The translations under genes were made by a program, and so were the position numbers. From Octopus sinensis (Eukaryota): 64,000 bases of DNA. Shown here piece by piece: positions 60,596 through 64,000 of this stretch; the stretch's first letter is position 1; each line of letters opens with the position of its first letter. The DNA lies in assembly GCF_006345805.1 (NCBI RefSeq), contig NC_043018.1, positions 24,614,001-24,678,000 of the forward strand, read 5' to 3'. Under the pieces are notes generated by a model. It saw only the letters and a program-made list of their open reading frames with translations, ran no database searches and had not been told where the DNA came from.

Positions 60596-60840
60596 AACAC
60601 TCTGCACCCAGTTTCCACTCTGCACCCAGCTTCCACTCCGCACCCAGCTTCCACTTCGCACCCAGCTTCCACTCCGCACCCAGCTTCCACTCTGCACCCA
60701 ACTTCCACTCTGCACCCAACTTCCACTCTGCACCCAACTTCCACTCTGCACCCAACTTCCACTCTGCACCCAACCTCGACTCCACACCCAGCCTCCACTA
60801 CTTGCCCAGCCTCCACTCCGCACCCAACTTCCACTCTAGT
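60596..60840. repeat. 18-bp minisatellite, about 13 copies (CTCTGCACCCAACTTCCA)
   Basis: Direct reading. Confidence 0.92.
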
Positions 60841-61554
60841 CTCCTTCATCTCTACTTCACCCCCACTACTCCACTCTACTTGAACCCCCACTCAAGTCAA
60901 TCATGACATCTTTTGAGAGCCATGAGCATCACAAAACCTCTCCTACTTCCTTCCTTTTCCTATACAACCAAAGCCTTGTGCTTCTGACATCATTCCCTTT
61001 CTTTAATCTCAAGAGATCATCTTAGCTTCTCTGTCTCCTCTGATGATCAGCTCAGTCTTTCTTCAATCTGGAAGTCATCTTTATCTTTCTTTCACCAGCC
61101 AGGGATCATTTCTTAGTTAAATATTTTTTGCATCTCTCCTCTTTTTTTGATTTTTCTCTTTTGTATCTTTTGGTAAAAATGGAATTTGTTTCCAAATAAA
61201 TAAATAAATATAAAATAACAATCTATGTACTCTAACAAAGAAAGTTGCTTATTAATTTGTTAGTATGTAAGCCTTACTAAACGAAAGCAATTATTAAAGC
61301 CTACACTTTTTAAAATAGTTATGGACAGGAATTCTTGAATGACACACCCAACAAAAAATTATCTTCACTCATTTTTTTAAAGTTGTGCAACTCACTTGAT
61401 AATGAACCATGTCACCTGTGACTTCTCGTTAAAAGGTTATCCATACCAGTTCTAGAAAATTATGAAAAATTCTTAATTTTAATGTTTTTATCAAATTGTG
61501 GTTTTTGGGATTATTTAATTATTGAAAATTTCAACTGCTGAAAACTAATTCTAA

Positions 61555-61773
61555 CCCTTTAGCATTCTGTTAAAAATAATACTTATTTATTCATTTAATC
61601 ACATTGTTTTGTATTAATCATGCATTATATTGTAGCTTTGAGATTTCGATGAGGTAACTGTTAATTTCTAGAATGACATTGTAGGGTAGGTGTAAGCGAC
61701 CGTATTTGGCCACTTTGAACCTAAAACAGGTTGAATATTTTGGCCAGATGTGGCCAGTTGAAATGCTAAAGGG
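61555..61773. mobile_element. piggyBac-like MITE
   Basis: (C)TAA-CCCTTTAG ... CTAAAGGG-TTAA. Confidence 0.78.
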
Positions 61774-62155
61774 TTAATTCACTGCGAGATAACATTTTTT
61801 CTTCTTTTATCACTACAAGATAGTGTCCCCTCTTTGTCTTTTTTCTCTCTCATACATTTCTGGATACTACTTTCTGCACACATATCAGTAAAAACATTTC
61901 ACCAAATTAAATTTAATCCAAATTCAGCCAAATTATGTTGATTCCAGAATCCTTTCATATTTGTGAGGTGTTTTTGAAGAAGAAAAGTGGTTTTAATTTA
62001 CTTAGATCAATTGTAAAAAAAAAATATTAACTTCTGAGAGAAATAAGTAGCAAAAAGACTGCCCCCGCACCCACTCGAAATTTACATGAATTAACTTTTT
62101 TTAATTATCTAATTGATGTATTTATTAATTTATGATTTCTCCCTTACTGAAATAG

Positions 62156-62215
62156 AGGCAAGTTTTAATGTTTTGGAGGCAGCACCTTGGGTCTATGCCT
62201 CGGGTTCCTCAACAA
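62156..62215 (+). CDS. Candidate 60-nt host-gene exon (EASFNVLEAAPWVYASGSST or RQVLMFWRQHLGSMPRVPQQ)
   Basis: TTTCTCCCTTACTGAAATAG acceptor, consensus CAA|GTAAGT donor, length 60, two open frames; could also be a UTR exon. Confidence 0.5.
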
Positions 62216-62394
62216 GTAAGTATTGCTTCAGTCTTACTGATGATGATGATGATGATGATGCAGTAGTGTTGTCTTGCTACCACAGACTACCCACTACTAC
62301 CATGACCACCACTGACTACTATCACCACCACCATGACATCTCCTTGAGCATTTACATAGAAATTTATGATCACAAGTATGTATATTGATCTGAC

Positions 62395-62705
62395 ACTCCA
62401 TCAGTTTCGATGATGAGGCTTCCATTTGATCCAATCAATGGAACAGCCTGCTTGTGAAATTAACGTGCAAGTGGCTGAGTGCTCCACAGACGTGTGTACC
62501 CTTAATGTAGTTCTCAAAGAGATTCAGCATGACACAGTGTGATAAAGCTGGTCCTTTGAATTACAGATACTACTCATTTTTTGCCAGCTGAGCAATGTGA
62601 AATAAAGTGTCTTGCTCAAGGACACAACTGCACTGCCAGGTATCAAACTCACGATCTTACAGTCAGGAGCCAAAAGCCTTAACCACTAAGCCACACACCT
62701 TCCCA
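62395..62705 (-). mobile_element. Hybrid SINE (family D-type 5' module, family C-type 3' module)
   Basis: Colinear with 9912-10185. Confidence 0.7.
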
Positions 62706-62824
62706 TGTATATAGGAAACATGTATGTACACACATATTTGTGGATGTGAGTGTATACATACACACTCAATCATACAGATGCAGGAATGTTTGTACACTTA
62801 CACACACAGACACACATACACAGG

Positions 62825-62855
<31 letters not shown>

Positions 62856-64000
62856 ACGTGCACATATATACACACATGTATACATACACGTACTGGTGGA
62901 TGGAAGCATAGATATACACATGTACTGCTGGATCGAAGCATTGACATACACACATGTAGGTGCAGCAAGTGCATGCATTCCTACATGCACACATGTAGGA
63001 AACGGATACAGTGATATGGTATTTAGGTGTTGGTAAAGTTAGAAACTCAGTTTCAATTCCCAGTTGGATCACTTTAATTGTTTGTCACTAATGCACTCTG
63101 ACAGGGCATGACCACCACAACTTCACAATTATTCCCCCCCCCCACCCACCCCATGACTCTTATGTTGTTGTATGTCAGTGTAAGACATTATTCAAGCGAA
63201 TTGGTAGGTACAGTGGTATTTTAGTTGTGTTTGTTACTTCCTGAGTTCAAACCCTATCATTTCAACAGTCTTTACTCTCCAAGGTTATATAAAATATATG
63301 GGGCACAAACGCACACATTGGTAATCAATAAGTCCTTCTGAAATAGTCATTTACATTTCCTACTAAATGTATATATACTGTTGATAGGCCAGTGACTGCA
63401 GGGTTTGTCCTGAGATAACATCTTTTATGGTATTATGGGTGTTGTGGGGCTAAAAAAATATGAGAGAGGAACAGCAGGCACATGTGTCTTGCTACAGAGA
63501 AGATACATGGCCACCCTGCATTCAGGTGGGTGGAGCAACTGAGGCACAGAGCCAGGAATTTAGGGGGAGCAAATGTTCATTGATATCAATCTCATTACAT
63601 AGTGAGCAATGAAAGGCAAAGTTGGCCACAACAGGACTTCGAACACCTTGAATTAAATTAACCATGAATAAGATGTATCAGCTGTCTGTTTTATGGCAGC
63701 CTACCATTTTACAGGGAATTCTTCACATAGGGTACCCCACAAAACTGTTGGACATGACAAAGGGGTACATTGGAAGGTAGAGTTTTGAGAATGTTTTTAT
63801 TTATTTTTTTTTTCATTCTGTTTAAATAAAAGCATTTTTATCCTTCTGGACTTAATAAAATAAGCCCTGCATAGAAACAAAACAATAGTAGTATTAGTAA
63901 TAATAATATCAGTAATAAATCTGGCTTGGGATTAGTTACAGGGAATGGTAGTGAGGGTAGGTACAGAGGATTTTGGGTTTTGATATGGCTTTATATTCCC

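Overview
Eukaryotic, repeat-saturated, gene-poor DNA. The repeat landscape (several modular tRNA-derived SINE families, RTE LINE relics, Tc1/mariner, Chapaev3, hAT-, piggyBac-, Merlin- and Helentron-like non-autonomous elements, abundant microsatellites) looks like an octopus-type cephalopod genome; this is inference, no search was run. No intact protein-coding gene or autonomous transposon could be recognised, and nearly all long ORFs are read-throughs of simple repeats. Main points: (1) several small, mostly (TA)n-embedded, often fold-back elements carry complete or half type I hammerhead-ribozyme motifs (best at 23476-23536 minus; also 40553, 43511, 8484, 2823, 9282 and a 3 x 220-bp tandem at 10344), consistent with non-autonomous Penelope-like or retrozyme-like elements. 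(2) There is a sharp CpG-decay boundary near 35.6 kb, right after a CpG-rich unique segment with a strong splice donor, suggesting a promoter/first exon followed by a methylated long intron and a clean 60-nt exon at 62156. (3) Several retro-insertions have unusually long (41-72 bp) target-site duplications, one SINE has a twin-priming-type inversion, and nested insertions are common. SINE family letters A-E are my own working labels. SINE boundaries are approximate (about +/-10-20 bp).
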